From a virus, in IMG/VR virus record IMGVR_UViG_3300011005_000151: DNA of 64,000 nt. One strand, 5' to 3'. This document shows positions 10,201 through 18,822 of this stretch, one piece after another; the stretch's first letter is position 1, and every line of letters starts with the position of its first letter. The notes beneath the pieces are model-generated. The model was not told the origin of the DNA, did not search any database, and was given only the letters and a program-made list of their open reading frames with translations. The position numbers and the translations under genes are program-made.

Positions 10201-10252
10201 TGCGTGGCTCAAGGCGGAGGCGGTAACCAGCCCGTTGCGGTTCGATCCCGCA
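10201..10252 (+). other. truncated tRNA-like fragment (T-arm and acceptor only)
   Basis: TGCGGTTCGATCCCGCA T-arm with pairing acceptor ends. Too short to hold D and anticodon arms. Confidence 0.2.
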
Positions 10253-10438
10253 CCACGTACTCATTCCCGCATTCCGGGCAGGTTAGCTACCTGTCCTGCG
10301 GGCGTTCGGTCAGCGTAGTGGCAAGTCAGGGAAATGCTGTCCTGGCGGTGGGGTAAGTGGGATAGACTCCCACAGACAAATGTGCATCCTTGCGGGGGAG
10401 AACGGTAAACCGCAACCCACTAAATGAAAGGAGCGTCC

Positions 10439-10771
10439 ATGAGAACGGTATATTTGAAAGACGGATCGTCTGAGGTCATCTTCGATGACGATGTCGGGGC
10501 GTTCCTGCGCCGGGTAATCGGAGAACGCCTCGGTAGTGACATGGAATCGCTGTTAAGCGAAGCCATTGAACGACGGGAAACCTCGGAAGCGCTTTTCAAC
10601 GCTGTCGAGGACACTCTCAGGGATTTTGATTCCCTGAAAGAACTCATGCCAAGTACCTACGAGGACAGGCATGAGATGGAACGGTTTTGCATCAGCGCCC
10701 ACACCGTCATCACGGCACGGGCATACACACTGCGGATCACGCTGCGCGACGCCATGTCGTGCTGTGAATAA
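10439..10771 (+). CDS. hypothetical protein
   Basis: AAAGGAGCG RBS before ATG. Confidence 0.5.
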   Translation: MRTVYLKDGSSEVIFDDDVGAFLRRVIGERLGSDMESLLSEAIERRETSEALFNAVEDTLRDFDSLKELMPSTYEDRHEMERFCISAHTVITARAYTLRITLRDAMSCCE

Positions 10772-10790
10772 ACGAAGGAGGGATTTTCCT

Positions 10791-10961
10791 TTGGCAATTA
10801 TTGAAGCTGCGAGCAACTCGGGTCTGACAGTCGAGGAAATGCGTGAACTTTTCGAGGACGAGACCGGCATTTATATGTCCAAGGAGGACGACACGAAAGA
10901 GTGCGCCCATAAGATGAAGCTTTTCAAAGACTGGCTGCGAAAGGAGTTCGACCGGGCATAA
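10791..10961 (+). CDS. small hypothetical protein (TTG start)
   Basis: GAAGGAGGGA RBS before TTG. Confidence 0.35.
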   Translation: MAIIEAASNSGLTVEEMRELFEDETGIYMSKEDDTKECAHKMKLFKDWLRKEFDRA

Positions 10962-11095
10962 TGTACAGGTATTACAAGAATGTCGTGACAGGTGAAATCA
11001 CATCGTCCCACGGTGAGGCTTCCTACTGGTACCGCCAGCACGAGGCGGTAGAGGTCTGGCGCGGCGACAAGCTTATCTGCACCTGGGGTTTCTGA
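10961..11095 (+). CDS. small hypothetical protein (44 aa)
   Basis: Stop and start overlap (TAATG). Product has protein-like composition. Confidence 0.3.
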   Translation: MYRYYKNVVTGEITSSHGEASYWYRQHEAVEVWRGDKLICTWGF

Positions 11096-11097
11096 GT

Positions 11098-11373
11098 ATG
11101 GATAAGTTTCATGAGGGCGATTACATCCAAGTAATTGATAATGATTACGGGCCAGATGTCCCGGTTGGGTCGTTCGGTACTGTGGTCTACTATAGCAGGA
11201 ACAGGCATGCATATGCTATTCGTCTGGACGAACCTGTTGGGTATAGTCATGGTTGCGAAGGTCATGTAGAGCCTGATTATTCTGTCTGGTTCAGAGATAT
11301 AGATATAGCTATCGCAAGCCCGACCTCTGCGGATGACGAGGTTGAAGACGACGCAGTCTTCATGGTTTTGTAG
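11098..11373 (+). CDS. hypothetical protein
   Basis: ORF with overlapping start TGAGTATGG. Confidence 0.45.
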   Translation: MDKFHEGDYIQVIDNDYGPDVPVGSFGTVVYYSRNRHAYAIRLDEPVGYSHGCEGHVEPDYSVWFRDIDIAIASPTSADDEVEDDAVFMVL

Positions 11374-11433
11374 TAAATGAGTACGCCGGGTCTCACACCA
11401 GAGACCCGGCTCTGCTTTTCAAGGAGGATGGAC

Positions 11434-11964
11434 ATGGAACACACAACGATCACGGTATCGCCCAAAAACATATGGCGATACTTCCAGGAGAATCGGGAGG
11501 TTCTCAAGAAAAACATCGTCACAATCGCGGAAAACGATGCGACTGGCAATCAGATCTGTGTTACGGAAAACAATAGCTTCCCGCAGATTCTGGTTTATAT
11601 CAACAACACAATCAAGTACGCCGAAACAATGATTTCCGAGGGCGATGCTATCGCCACCGCGACCAGGCTTTACAGCCAGTATCTCAAGACTCCGCCCGAT
11701 GAGGAGGAGCTTACCCGTCAGGATCTCGAAGACGAGATGTATGAACGGGAAACCGAGCTGTATGACGCCACGAAGGATTTTCTGGATGTCGTGATCGGGA
11801 ATGACTTCATGGCCGAAGGCGGGTCCGAGGAGGTCATCTTTGAAATTATGGATGCGTTTCTGAAGTACATCTCCGACGAATGGTGGTTCCGGGTTTATCG
11901 CCCGGTCTACATGGACGACGGCGACGGGAACGAGATCTATATCGAGTACCCGTACGAGAGTTAA
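11434..11964 (+). CDS. hypothetical acidic protein
   Basis: AAGGAGGATGGAC RBS before ATG. A hairpin precedes it. Confidence 0.5.
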   Translation: MEHTTITVSPKNIWRYFQENREVLKKNIVTIAENDATGNQICVTENNSFPQILVYINNTIKYAETMISEGDAIATATRLYSQYLKTPPDEEELTRQDLEDEMYERETELYDATKDFLDVVIGNDFMAEGGSEEVIFEIMDAFLKYISDEWWFRVYRPVYMDDGDGNEIYIEYPYES

Positions 11965-12033
11965 TTCAGTCCAATATCGGTCAGCCATACCGATTGGAAA
12001 AATATTGATCCATACATAAAGGAGGGTTTGTTT

Positions 12034-12426
12034 ATGGCTAAGATCAAGATTTGCGGGGACGCGGTGGTTGTGACTTCCAGCCTCAAGCTGGAGGACATCA
12101 AGAAGGTCGAGAAGTATCGCCCCGAGGCGCTCTGCCTGAAGGGTGGCGAGGATAACAAGGATATCCTGTTCATCCTTGGCACTACCGCCGGCTTCGGTTC
12201 CATCAACACGATGGGCGCGGCTTTTGGCCGTGAGGCTCGCGACGGCTCCGGCTGTGCGCAGATCACCATGACCACCACGGCGGTCGAGGACGTGGCGGAG
12301 ACTGTCGCCGATGAGCTCGGCGCGGCTCTGGGTTACCTCGGCAAGATGGAGCAGGCTCTGCCCGCTGTGATCGCTGAGATCGACGCGGAGCGTGCCGCTA
12401 TCCTGGCCTCTATTACCGTCGAGTAA
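12034..12426 (+). CDS. hypothetical protein. Its N-terminus MAKIKICGDA recurs as decayed copies at about 1255 and about 6395
   Basis: AAAGGAGGG RBS. Followed by a hairpin. Confidence 0.6.
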   Translation: MAKIKICGDAVVVTSSLKLEDIKKVEKYRPEALCLKGGEDNKDILFILGTTAGFGSINTMGAAFGREARDGSGCAQITMTTTAVEDVAETVADELGAALGYLGKMEQALPAVIAEIDAERAAILASITVE

Positions 12427-12436
12427 TAGGGTAATC

Positions 12437-12456
12437 GGGGCGGGTTTTCCCGCCCC
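12437..12456 (+). terminator. GGGGCGGG-ttttc-CCGCCCC hairpin
   Basis: Same hairpin family. No strong T-run follows. Confidence 0.35.
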
Positions 12457-12525
12457 AAAGCACTCTTTTCCTTCACTTTTCCTTCAAAAAATCAAAAAAA
12501 ATACTACATAAAAGGAGAATTTGTT

Positions 12526-12807
12526 ATGACTAAGGTCGTTGTTGGAAAGAATCTGGATCGCCACACCTATATCGTTGCTGATTCCTACATCGTCGCCGAG
12601 GACGGCTCCCGCAAGAACTTCACCCACGAGCCCACTGTCCGCGACCTGCTGGAGATCGCCGATCCCGAGTACGCCCGCAGCTCCTACAACCTGGTCGGCA
12701 CCACCATCGATGCCGGCAACATCGACAAGACCTTCCCCCAGCTGGGTGTTGCCGATGGCGTCACGACCTATCTTCTGGCCGTGGCGAAGGCGGACAACGC
12801 GGTCTGA
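12526..12807 (+). CDS. hypothetical 93-aa protein
   Basis: TAAAAGGAGAA RBS. A terminator follows. Confidence 0.6.
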   Translation: MTKVVVGKNLDRHTYIVADSYIVAEDGSRKNFTHEPTVRDLLEIADPEYARSSYNLVGTTIDAGNIDKTFPQLGVADGVTTYLLAVAKADNAV

Positions 12808-12825
12808 CCTGAATAGCCAAGTCTT

Positions 12826-12854
12826 CCCGCCGGGTTTATCCCGGCGGGTTTTAT
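12826..12854 (+). terminator. CCCGCCGGG-tttat-CCCGGCGGG followed by TTTTAT
   Basis: TTTAT-loop family. Directly 5' of tRNA-Leu. Confidence 0.65.
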
Positions 12855-12856
12855 AT

Positions 12857-12942
12857 GCCGGTGTGACGGAATCGGAAGACGTACCAGACTTAAAATCTGC
12901 TGAGCTTTGCTCGTGAGGGTTCAAATCCCTTCGCCGGCACCA
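12857..12942 (+). tRNA. tRNA-Leu (anticodon TAA), type II with long variable arm
   Basis: Acceptor GCCGGTG/CGCCGGC, anticodon loop CTTAAAA, long variable arm, T-arm GGGTTCAAATCCC, CCA encoded. D and anticodon stems are imperfect. Confidence 0.7.
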
Positions 12943-12971
12943 TTAGAGATTACGAAAAGGAGGTTCGGGTT

Positions 12972-14462
12972 TTGTTCAACACAGTTATCAGACAGACGCC
13001 ATTCACCACCGAGGGTGCGGATGAGTTTTTCCCGAACATAACGGGAGGCGTAAGAAACGGCGACGTATCGTGGCTTGCAACGGTTCGCGCCGTCATCGGT
13101 CATCGGAAACCGGCGGATGAAAGCATCAATATCCGGTTCGGTGAATCGCGGTTCACAGCGGAAGATATCTCCGGGTTTTCTCCGGAGAGGGTCATGCAGT
13201 CCTGCCTCTGCAGTTACCAAATGGCGAGCGAGAACACGCTTTACATCCATGGTTTGGTATGCCTGAAGCGTGACGACAACAATGCGAATTTCGAGGTTTT
13301 CCAGAATCATTTCCTGTCTGCGTACCCCGGATGGTATCAGATGGAGCCGGTCACCGCGATGTTCCGCAGAACGTTCAACATCCTGTGCTTCGTCAACGCG
13401 GAGCTTCACAGCACGATCCTGATTATCGCCAGTCTGAATAATAAGTATCTGCACTATGCTCAGGCCGGTGTCACGGCGTATTTCCCCTGGTATTACAAGC
13501 GCGGCACGGATACTGTCTCGCAGGAGGAGCTTGACCTTCTTCAGTCTTTCAGCAAAAGGGAACCGGATGATTTTTACGCGGCTATCCGCAAGCTGGCGGA
13601 GGGGCACGATTTCGAGTCGGCGAGGATCCGAAGGCTTCTCAGCGGGTTTGAGAGCCAGTATGAGAAGGAGCAACTCTCCAGCTTGCAACTGGAAATCGAG
13701 AGATACCATAACGAGATCCGGGAATTGAATGACAGGATCGCGGCGTATTACCAGACCATCAATGAGAGAAGTATCACAGCTCTTGGTCTGGAAGCGAAGA
13801 TCGCCCAGGGAGGCGAGGACTCCGAGATCATGAACTACGTTCTTCAGAACAAGGAAATCGATCTTGTCAGTGTCGATGAAGACCGCATGAAGTTTATCGT
13901 TCGTACTCATCTGGCGTGGTGGGACGAGGATATGGCGCGGCGGTATATCGAAAATCACGATGGTTTCGTGTATTCGTTCCTGACAGAGCTGTCTGCGGAG
14001 CAGATGGAGAAGTTGATGAAGGCAGTTTTCCTGGATCAGAAGATCAAGGTTCGGTTCTGCGCGGCTTACGAGTTCCGCATCAGCGGGAATGTCCGCGCAA
14101 CAGGCGGGTATGACTTTGGCGGAGAGTATAACACCTACATGCCAAATCCCCATATCGACCAGTACAGCTGCATGGGCGGTTATGAGCGGAAAATCAACCG
14201 TTTCCTGGAGTCTCGTGATTATATCGGGGCTTTGGAACAGACCTGTGCGTCTGCCAGAAGCCTGAACTGGGGCGACAGCACGGTTATGCGCCAGTTCTTC
14301 CGGACGGTGTGTCACTACGGTGATAATCGCGTGAATAACAAGGCGTTTGAGCTTCCCGACGGCACCGTCGTTGACCCGAAGGGTGCGGTCGAGTGGCTGG
14401 AAAAGGAGGAAGCCGCAGGTGAGTCATCGGAAACGCAGGAAGGAGCGACGGAAAATGTCTAA
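12972..14462 (+). CDS. 496-aa protein of unknown function, first gene of the JAB/E1 operon. The C-terminal region has a YMPNPHIDQYSC motif reminiscent of the E2 HPN-Cys signature
   Basis: AAAGGAGG RBS with TTG start. Its stop overlaps the JAB start (ATGTCTAA). The antisense ORF 12921..14315 is judged spurious. Confidence 0.6.
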   Translation: MFNTVIRQTPFTTEGADEFFPNITGGVRNGDVSWLATVRAVIGHRKPADESINIRFGESRFTAEDISGFSPERVMQSCLCSYQMASENTLYIHGLVCLKRDDNNANFEVFQNHFLSAYPGWYQMEPVTAMFRRTFNILCFVNAELHSTILIIASLNNKYLHYAQAGVTAYFPWYYKRGTDTVSQEELDLLQSFSKREPDDFYAAIRKLAEGHDFESARIRRLLSGFESQYEKEQLSSLQLEIERYHNEIRELNDRIAAYYQTINERSITALGLEAKIAQGGEDSEIMNYVLQNKEIDLVSVDEDRMKFIVRTHLAWWDEDMARRYIENHDGFVYSFLTELSAEQMEKLMKAVFLDQKIKVRFCAAYEFRISGNVRATGGYDFGGEYNTYMPNPHIDQYSCMGGYERKINRFLESRDYIGALEQTCASARSLNWGDSTVMRQFFRTVCHYGDNRVNNKAFELPDGTVVDPKGAVEWLEKEEAAGESSETQEGATENV

Positions 14463-15399
14463 GATCATTCGTTTGACGCCAGATCTGATTAATCAGGCAA
14501 GGCAGGAATTCGAGGAAGCCTTGACGAACGGCAAGTTCGCCGACGGGAAAATCGAGTTTAAGAAAACCTTCAGCCACGTCGACCGCAAGGCCACAGTGGT
14601 TTTCTCGGAAAAGGCGTGGATCAAGCAGGATATGCTGGTATCCAAGTTCCCGAAGGAGATCGCCTGGCATGGTCTTGCGTATCGCGGCGAGGACGATACA
14701 TATATCATCGAGGATATCATGGTTTATCCGCAGGTCGTCACCGGCGGCGATGTGGAAACCGACCAGGTCGAGTACCAGACCTGGCTTTACGCCCACGATG
14801 ACAAGACGTTTGCCAGCATCCGGTATCAGGGGCACAGCCATGTGACCATGGGTGTTACGCCGTCCGCCGTGGACCGAAGATGGTATCAGGAGATCATCGA
14901 CCAGCTCGGTGAGGATATGTTTTATATCTTCATGATTTGGAACAAGCGCGGGGAAAAGACCATCATGATTTACGACATGCTGAAGAACTGCCTGTTCGAG
15001 ACGGCGGATGTGGATGTGAAGGTCGCGCCCGGCGAGCTTGGGCTTTTGGAATTCCTGTCCGATGCCAAGGACAAAGTAAAGGAAAAGGCTCCGGCATACA
15101 ACTACGGCAACTACGGCGGTTACGGCACTGGGTATAAACCGCAGACACAAACCACGCCGGCACAGCCGCAGGCCAATAAAACAGCTCCTGCTACGACCAC
15201 GGGGGCGACGCCTACTACCAAGGAGACGAAGCCGGAATCCGAGACAAAGGCGACGAGCCCAGCCCCGGCGCTTCCGTCCGGAACAAAGCCGAGAATCGGT
15301 GCAGGATGGTGCGGTCGCCGGTATCTCGACGACTACGGTTACGAGGACGAGGACGAGGACGATCCTTACGACTACTACTATCACAGGGGAGGTAAATGA
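14455..15399 (+). CDS. JAB/MPN (JAMM) metalloprotease-domain protein with a Tyr/Gly-rich low-complexity C-terminal tail
   Basis: HSHVTMGVTPSAVD matches HxHx7Sx2D exactly, with an upstream Glu. GGAAGGAG RBS. Translationally coupled to both neighbours. Confidence 0.75.
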   Translation: MSKIIRLTPDLINQARQEFEEALTNGKFADGKIEFKKTFSHVDRKATVVFSEKAWIKQDMLVSKFPKEIAWHGLAYRGEDDTYIIEDIMVYPQVVTGGDVETDQVEYQTWLYAHDDKTFASIRYQGHSHVTMGVTPSAVDRRWYQEIIDQLGEDMFYIFMIWNKRGEKTIMIYDMLKNCLFETADVDVKVAPGELGLLEFLSDAKDKVKEKAPAYNYGNYGGYGTGYKPQTQTTPAQPQANKTAPATTTGATPTTKETKPESETKATSPAPALPSGTKPRIGAGWCGRRYLDDYGYEDEDEDDPYDYYYHRGGK

Positions 15400-16070
15400 T
15401 GGATCTTTCCAAGAGTCTTGAGTATTTCAACCCCGATGAGGTCCGCGACCGTGTCCATATCATTGGATGCGGTTCGGTCGGGTCTACCGTGGCGGAAAAT
15501 CTTGTCCGCTGCGGTGTGACGAAGATCACGCTTTGGGATTTCGATTATGTCGAGCCCCATAATATCGCCAACCAGATGTTCCGCCGTCAGGATATCGGGA
15601 AACTCAAGGTTGAGGCTTTGGCTGATATCCTCCGGGAAATCAACGACGAGGTTGACGAGGATCTCATCCTTGAGCCGAAGGGGTGGCATGGCAAACTGCT
15701 CTCCGGGCACATCTTCCTGTGTGTGGACAGCATCGAGCTTCGGCGGGAAATCGTGGAAAAGCACTACGATTCCATGTTCGTAAAAGCGATGTTTGATTTC
15801 CGCACCCGGCTGGAGGATGCACAGCATTACGCCTGTGACTGGTCGGATGAGTCGGCCAAGGAAAATTTCCTCAAGACCATGCAGTTCAGTCATGAGGAAG
15901 CCAAAGAGGAAACTCCGGTTTCTGCCTGCAATGTAACGCTGGGTGTCTGCCAGACTGTGCGGATCATCTGCGGGTATGGCACGGCGAACTTCATGAACTT
16001 CATCAACGGTCGCGGTCTGAAAAAGATCGTGCTCGCCGATGCGTTCCATATGGTTTTGGACGCATTCTGA
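15396..16070 (+). CDS. minimal E1-like (ThiF/MoeB family) adenylyltransferase-domain protein
   Basis: IIGCGSVGS Rossmann loop, DFDYVEPHNIANQ, and a CNVTLGV ThiF-like motif. ATGA overlap with the JAB gene. Confidence 0.75.
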   Translation: MMDLSKSLEYFNPDEVRDRVHIIGCGSVGSTVAENLVRCGVTKITLWDFDYVEPHNIANQMFRRQDIGKLKVEALADILREINDEVDEDLILEPKGWHGKLLSGHIFLCVDSIELRREIVEKHYDSMFVKAMFDFRTRLEDAQHYACDWSDESAKENFLKTMQFSHEEAKEETPVSACNVTLGVCQTVRIICGYGTANFMNFINGRGLKKIVLADAFHMVLDAF

Positions 16071-16151
16071 TATCAACAGCGGTTTTCGGGGCCCGCGTAA
16101 AACCCCGAGCATGACTGTAAAGAATAATCGTTTGTTTTTCACAAACGGCCT

Positions 16152-16169
16152 CCTGCTGTCAGCGAGAGG
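16152..16169. repeat. CCTGCTGTCAGCGAGAGG element, copy A, upstream of the reverse transcriptase
   Basis: Identical core at four loci. Contains the GCTG-T-CAGC palindrome. Confidence 0.6.
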
Positions 16170-16522
16170 ATCGAAAAGGTAGGATGAAGATTCTGGGTAA
16201 CGGCCGCCTACAGAGCCGGCACGCGTCGTCATCGCGGCAGCCGTCGGTTCGGGTGCGCCGGAACCCAGGAGTTAAGCCCCGTGCTATATCACAAAACCCT
16301 CTCTTCGTCAAGAGGAATTCACACTTTTTCTGTCGAAATTGTTATCACATCACACACTTTTGCGCAGCTTCATCTACCGTAAATAACATTTGGTCGCATC
16401 TACAAAGATCGCCACAGGCATCGTTCACCTCGAACTCGGGATCAAAACCCAGTTCCGGAGGAGGTCCTGAAGACCGAAGTACCATGAGTTTACAGTCATT
16501 ACCTTATTGGAAAGGAGGATTT

Positions 16523-17665
16523 ATGGTTTACATAACAGTACGTCAGCCTCCGCAGTATCACCAGATCACGCTGGAAGAGCTTTTGTTTTCAGCAGACAAA
16601 TTCTCTGGAGGACTGATAAGCAATAACGAAACGAACACACGTACTTATACGGTATTCAGACCGAGCCCGCAGCTTCTGATGCATTTGGGTGTCGGGAAAA
16701 TGATACGGCGTCTTCATCAGTTCAACGAGAGCACCAAGGAGCTTCGGGGGCAGCCGCGCCAGTCGTTGTATCACACATTTTACATTCCGAAAAAGACAAG
16801 GGGTTTGCGCCGGATCGACGCGCCATGTGATGAACTTATGGATTCTCTCCGGTCTTTGAAGCGGATGTTTGAAAATGAGTTTGGCGCTCTGTATCATACG
16901 TCGGCTTTTGCCTATGTCAAAAAGCGTTCGACAAAAGACGCGGTCATTCGGCACCAGCAGAACGAATCCAAATGGTTTGCCAAGCTTGACCTGTCGAACT
17001 TCTTCGGAAGTACAACACTGGATTTCACGATGCGGATGCTAGGCATGATTTATCCCTTTTCTGAGATCTGCCGGAATCCATACGGGTATAAAGAACTGGA
17101 AAAGGCTGTCGAACTTGGGTTTCTGAACGGCGGTCTGCCGCAGGGAACACCGCTGTCCCCGACGCTTACCAATATCATTATGATCCCGTTCGATTACACG
17201 CTCAACAAGCGGCTTCGCAGTATGGATCAGCGGTATATCGAGACACGATATGCGGATGACTTCGCGTTTTCCTGCCGGTACGCATTCAATGTAAAGGATA
17301 TTGAGAACGTTGTGCAGGGGGTTATTCGAGAGTTCGACGCCCCGTATGTTCTGAATACAGAGAAGACAAAGTACGGTTCCAGTGCCGGGTCGAATTGGCT
17401 GTTCGGCATGATCCTCAACGCGGATAATCAGATCACCGTCGGAGCGAAGAACAAGCGGCAGTTTAAGGCCATGCTCACATCCTACGCCCTCGACAGAAAG
17501 GGTGGCGTCGAGTGGGACAAGCACGATATCCAGGTTTTGGCCGGACTTCGGAACTACTATCGCATGGTCGAGGAAAAGGAAATCGACGATATCGTTACAA
17601 AGATCGGCGGGAAATTCGGGGTCAATATCCCGAGACTTATCCATGACGATCTGAAAGCAGCATAA
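16523..17665 (+). CDS. stand-alone reverse transcriptase (retron or group-II-like; QGxxxSP and YADD motifs)
   Basis: RT motifs IPKKTRGLRRI, LDLSNFF, LPQGTPLSP and RYADDFAF. GGAAAGGAGGA RBS. About 440 nt of structured non-coding leader lies upstream. Confidence 0.85.
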   Translation: MVYITVRQPPQYHQITLEELLFSADKFSGGLISNNETNTRTYTVFRPSPQLLMHLGVGKMIRRLHQFNESTKELRGQPRQSLYHTFYIPKKTRGLRRIDAPCDELMDSLRSLKRMFENEFGALYHTSAFAYVKKRSTKDAVIRHQQNESKWFAKLDLSNFFGSTTLDFTMRMLGMIYPFSEICRNPYGYKELEKAVELGFLNGGLPQGTPLSPTLTNIIMIPFDYTLNKRLRSMDQRYIETRYADDFAFSCRYAFNVKDIENVVQGVIREFDAPYVLNTEKTKYGSSAGSNWLFGMILNADNQITVGAKNKRQFKAMLTSYALDRKGGVEWDKHDIQVLAGLRNYYRMVEEKEIDDIVTKIGGKFGVNIPRLIHDDLKAA

Positions 17666-17713
17666 GAAATCATTAAATCAATTCCCGTGATGCATAGCTA
17701 TTTACATAGCACC

Positions 17714-17729
17714 CCTGCTGTCAGCGAGG
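17714..17729. repeat. CCTGCTGTCAGCGAGG element, copy B, downstream of the reverse transcriptase
   Basis: Same core as copy A. Confidence 0.6.
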
Positions 17730-18172
17730 GTTACGAAAAGTCAGATCAACGAAGGCAGGCGGATACGAGTCGATCGCAGGTTATCCAGTTGAGCTGGGCT
17801 CGCAAGTTGACGACAAGAGACATCAACCAGTAAGAACCACTCGGATAAATATTGAAAAGTCCAGATGCATCAACATTTTATATGTCGAAAAGTTATGGGT
17901 TTTTTTTCGACACATCCGACCCTTGGCCGATGTCGTAATGAAACTAACTTTGCAAGCTTACAGCAGCCGGCGCCTTCAGTATCCAGGTAGACATTACCAT
18001 AGATCACGGGAATTTTATAGCGGCGTAGCACAAATGGTCAGTGTATTGGACTTTGACTCCAACGATGACGGTCCGAGTCCGTCCGCCGCCGCCAGCTCTC
18101 TTTGAGAGCGTGTTCTCCTTTCGTAAGGGGCGGCTTTCCCGCCGCCCCGTCTCTTAACATGGAGGTATAGAG

Positions 18173-18736
18173 ATGACAAGAACAGAATTTCGGGAAGAAA
18201 TAAACTCATGGGACGAGCTGATTACTTTCTGTAACGACGCAGGACTCAATGCCTGCGAGGATGTATACGACGATGGCGCGTATGACGATATGGTCGAGGA
18301 GGATATCAGCGAACGTGACTGGGGCTGGGAGCGTCTTCGAGATTGCCTGAGCGATCTGCCGGAAAGTCGGTGGAATGAATTCTATTACCGCGACGGATGG
18401 CTCGATTATCGTGTGCTCGATGAAGACGATTTTGATGCATGGAAATCCAGCGCCGAAGACGAGATGGATAACTGGGGTGGGTTCGACGAAGAGGATGAAG
18501 ACGAGGATGAAGAGGGAGAAGAAGTTGAGGAGGAAGAAGCGCCGGTCGAGGACGAAGACGAGATCGACGAGAACTTTGACCCTTCACAGATCTTCGATGG
18601 ATGCCAGTCGATCTTCCAGCGAATCGACCAGGACACGCAACACAAGCGTTTGGAAGAGCTTTCCGCACAGCAGAAAGAGGAACGTGCGGAAGTAGAGGCT
18701 TTTGAGGTAAGTCTTTCCGGCATCGTATTGGTATAA
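18173..18736 (+). CDS. highly acidic 187-aa protein, candidate DNA mimic or anti-restriction protein
   Basis: Asp/Glu runs (EDEDEDEEGEEVEEEE). A hairpin precedes it. Flanked by repeat copies B and C. Confidence 0.5.
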   Translation: MTRTEFREEINSWDELITFCNDAGLNACEDVYDDGAYDDMVEEDISERDWGWERLRDCLSDLPESRWNEFYYRDGWLDYRVLDEDDFDAWKSSAEDEMDNWGGFDEEDEDEDEEGEEVEEEEAPVEDEDEIDENFDPSQIFDGCQSIFQRIDQDTQHKRLEELSAQQKEERAEVEAFEVSLSGIVLV

Positions 18737-18744
18737 GCCGGGTT

Positions 18745-18822
18745 TGACATAACTGTGTTATGCAGATGGGGATGTGTTCCAAGCATACATAATCCCGCCC
18801 CTGCTGTCAGCGAGGGTAACGT
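18745..18822. repeat. long form of the repeat element (about 80 nt), copy C
   Basis: AACTGTGTTATGcAGATGgGGAT...ATACATAATCCCGCCCCTGCTGTCAGCGAGGGTAA aligns with copy D over about 75 nt. Confidence 0.6.

Noticed and set aside
12857-12942. Alternative reading of the tRNA-Leu anticodon as AAA (Phe)
   Set aside because: The long variable arm marks a type II tRNA, and only the CTTAAAA loop gives a 4-5 bp anticodon stem. TAA (Leu) is retained.
12921-14315. Minus-strand ORF of 464 aa overlapping the 496-aa plus-strand gene
   Set aside because: It is an antisense shadow of a GC-rich coding region. It has no RBS and a low-complexity Arg/Leu-rich product, and it overlaps tRNA-Leu. Similar long antisense ORFs (6531..7184-, 9010..9540-, 11419..11988-, 14284..15384-, 15381..16232-, 38191..38949-, 39257..39892-, 46204..47307-) were rejected for the same reason.
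16080-17730. Group II intron around the RT
   Set aside because: There is no GUGCG 5' end and no domain V (GAGC...GTACGG) motif in the flanks. The RT lacks maturase and endonuclease domains, and no interrupted host gene is evident.
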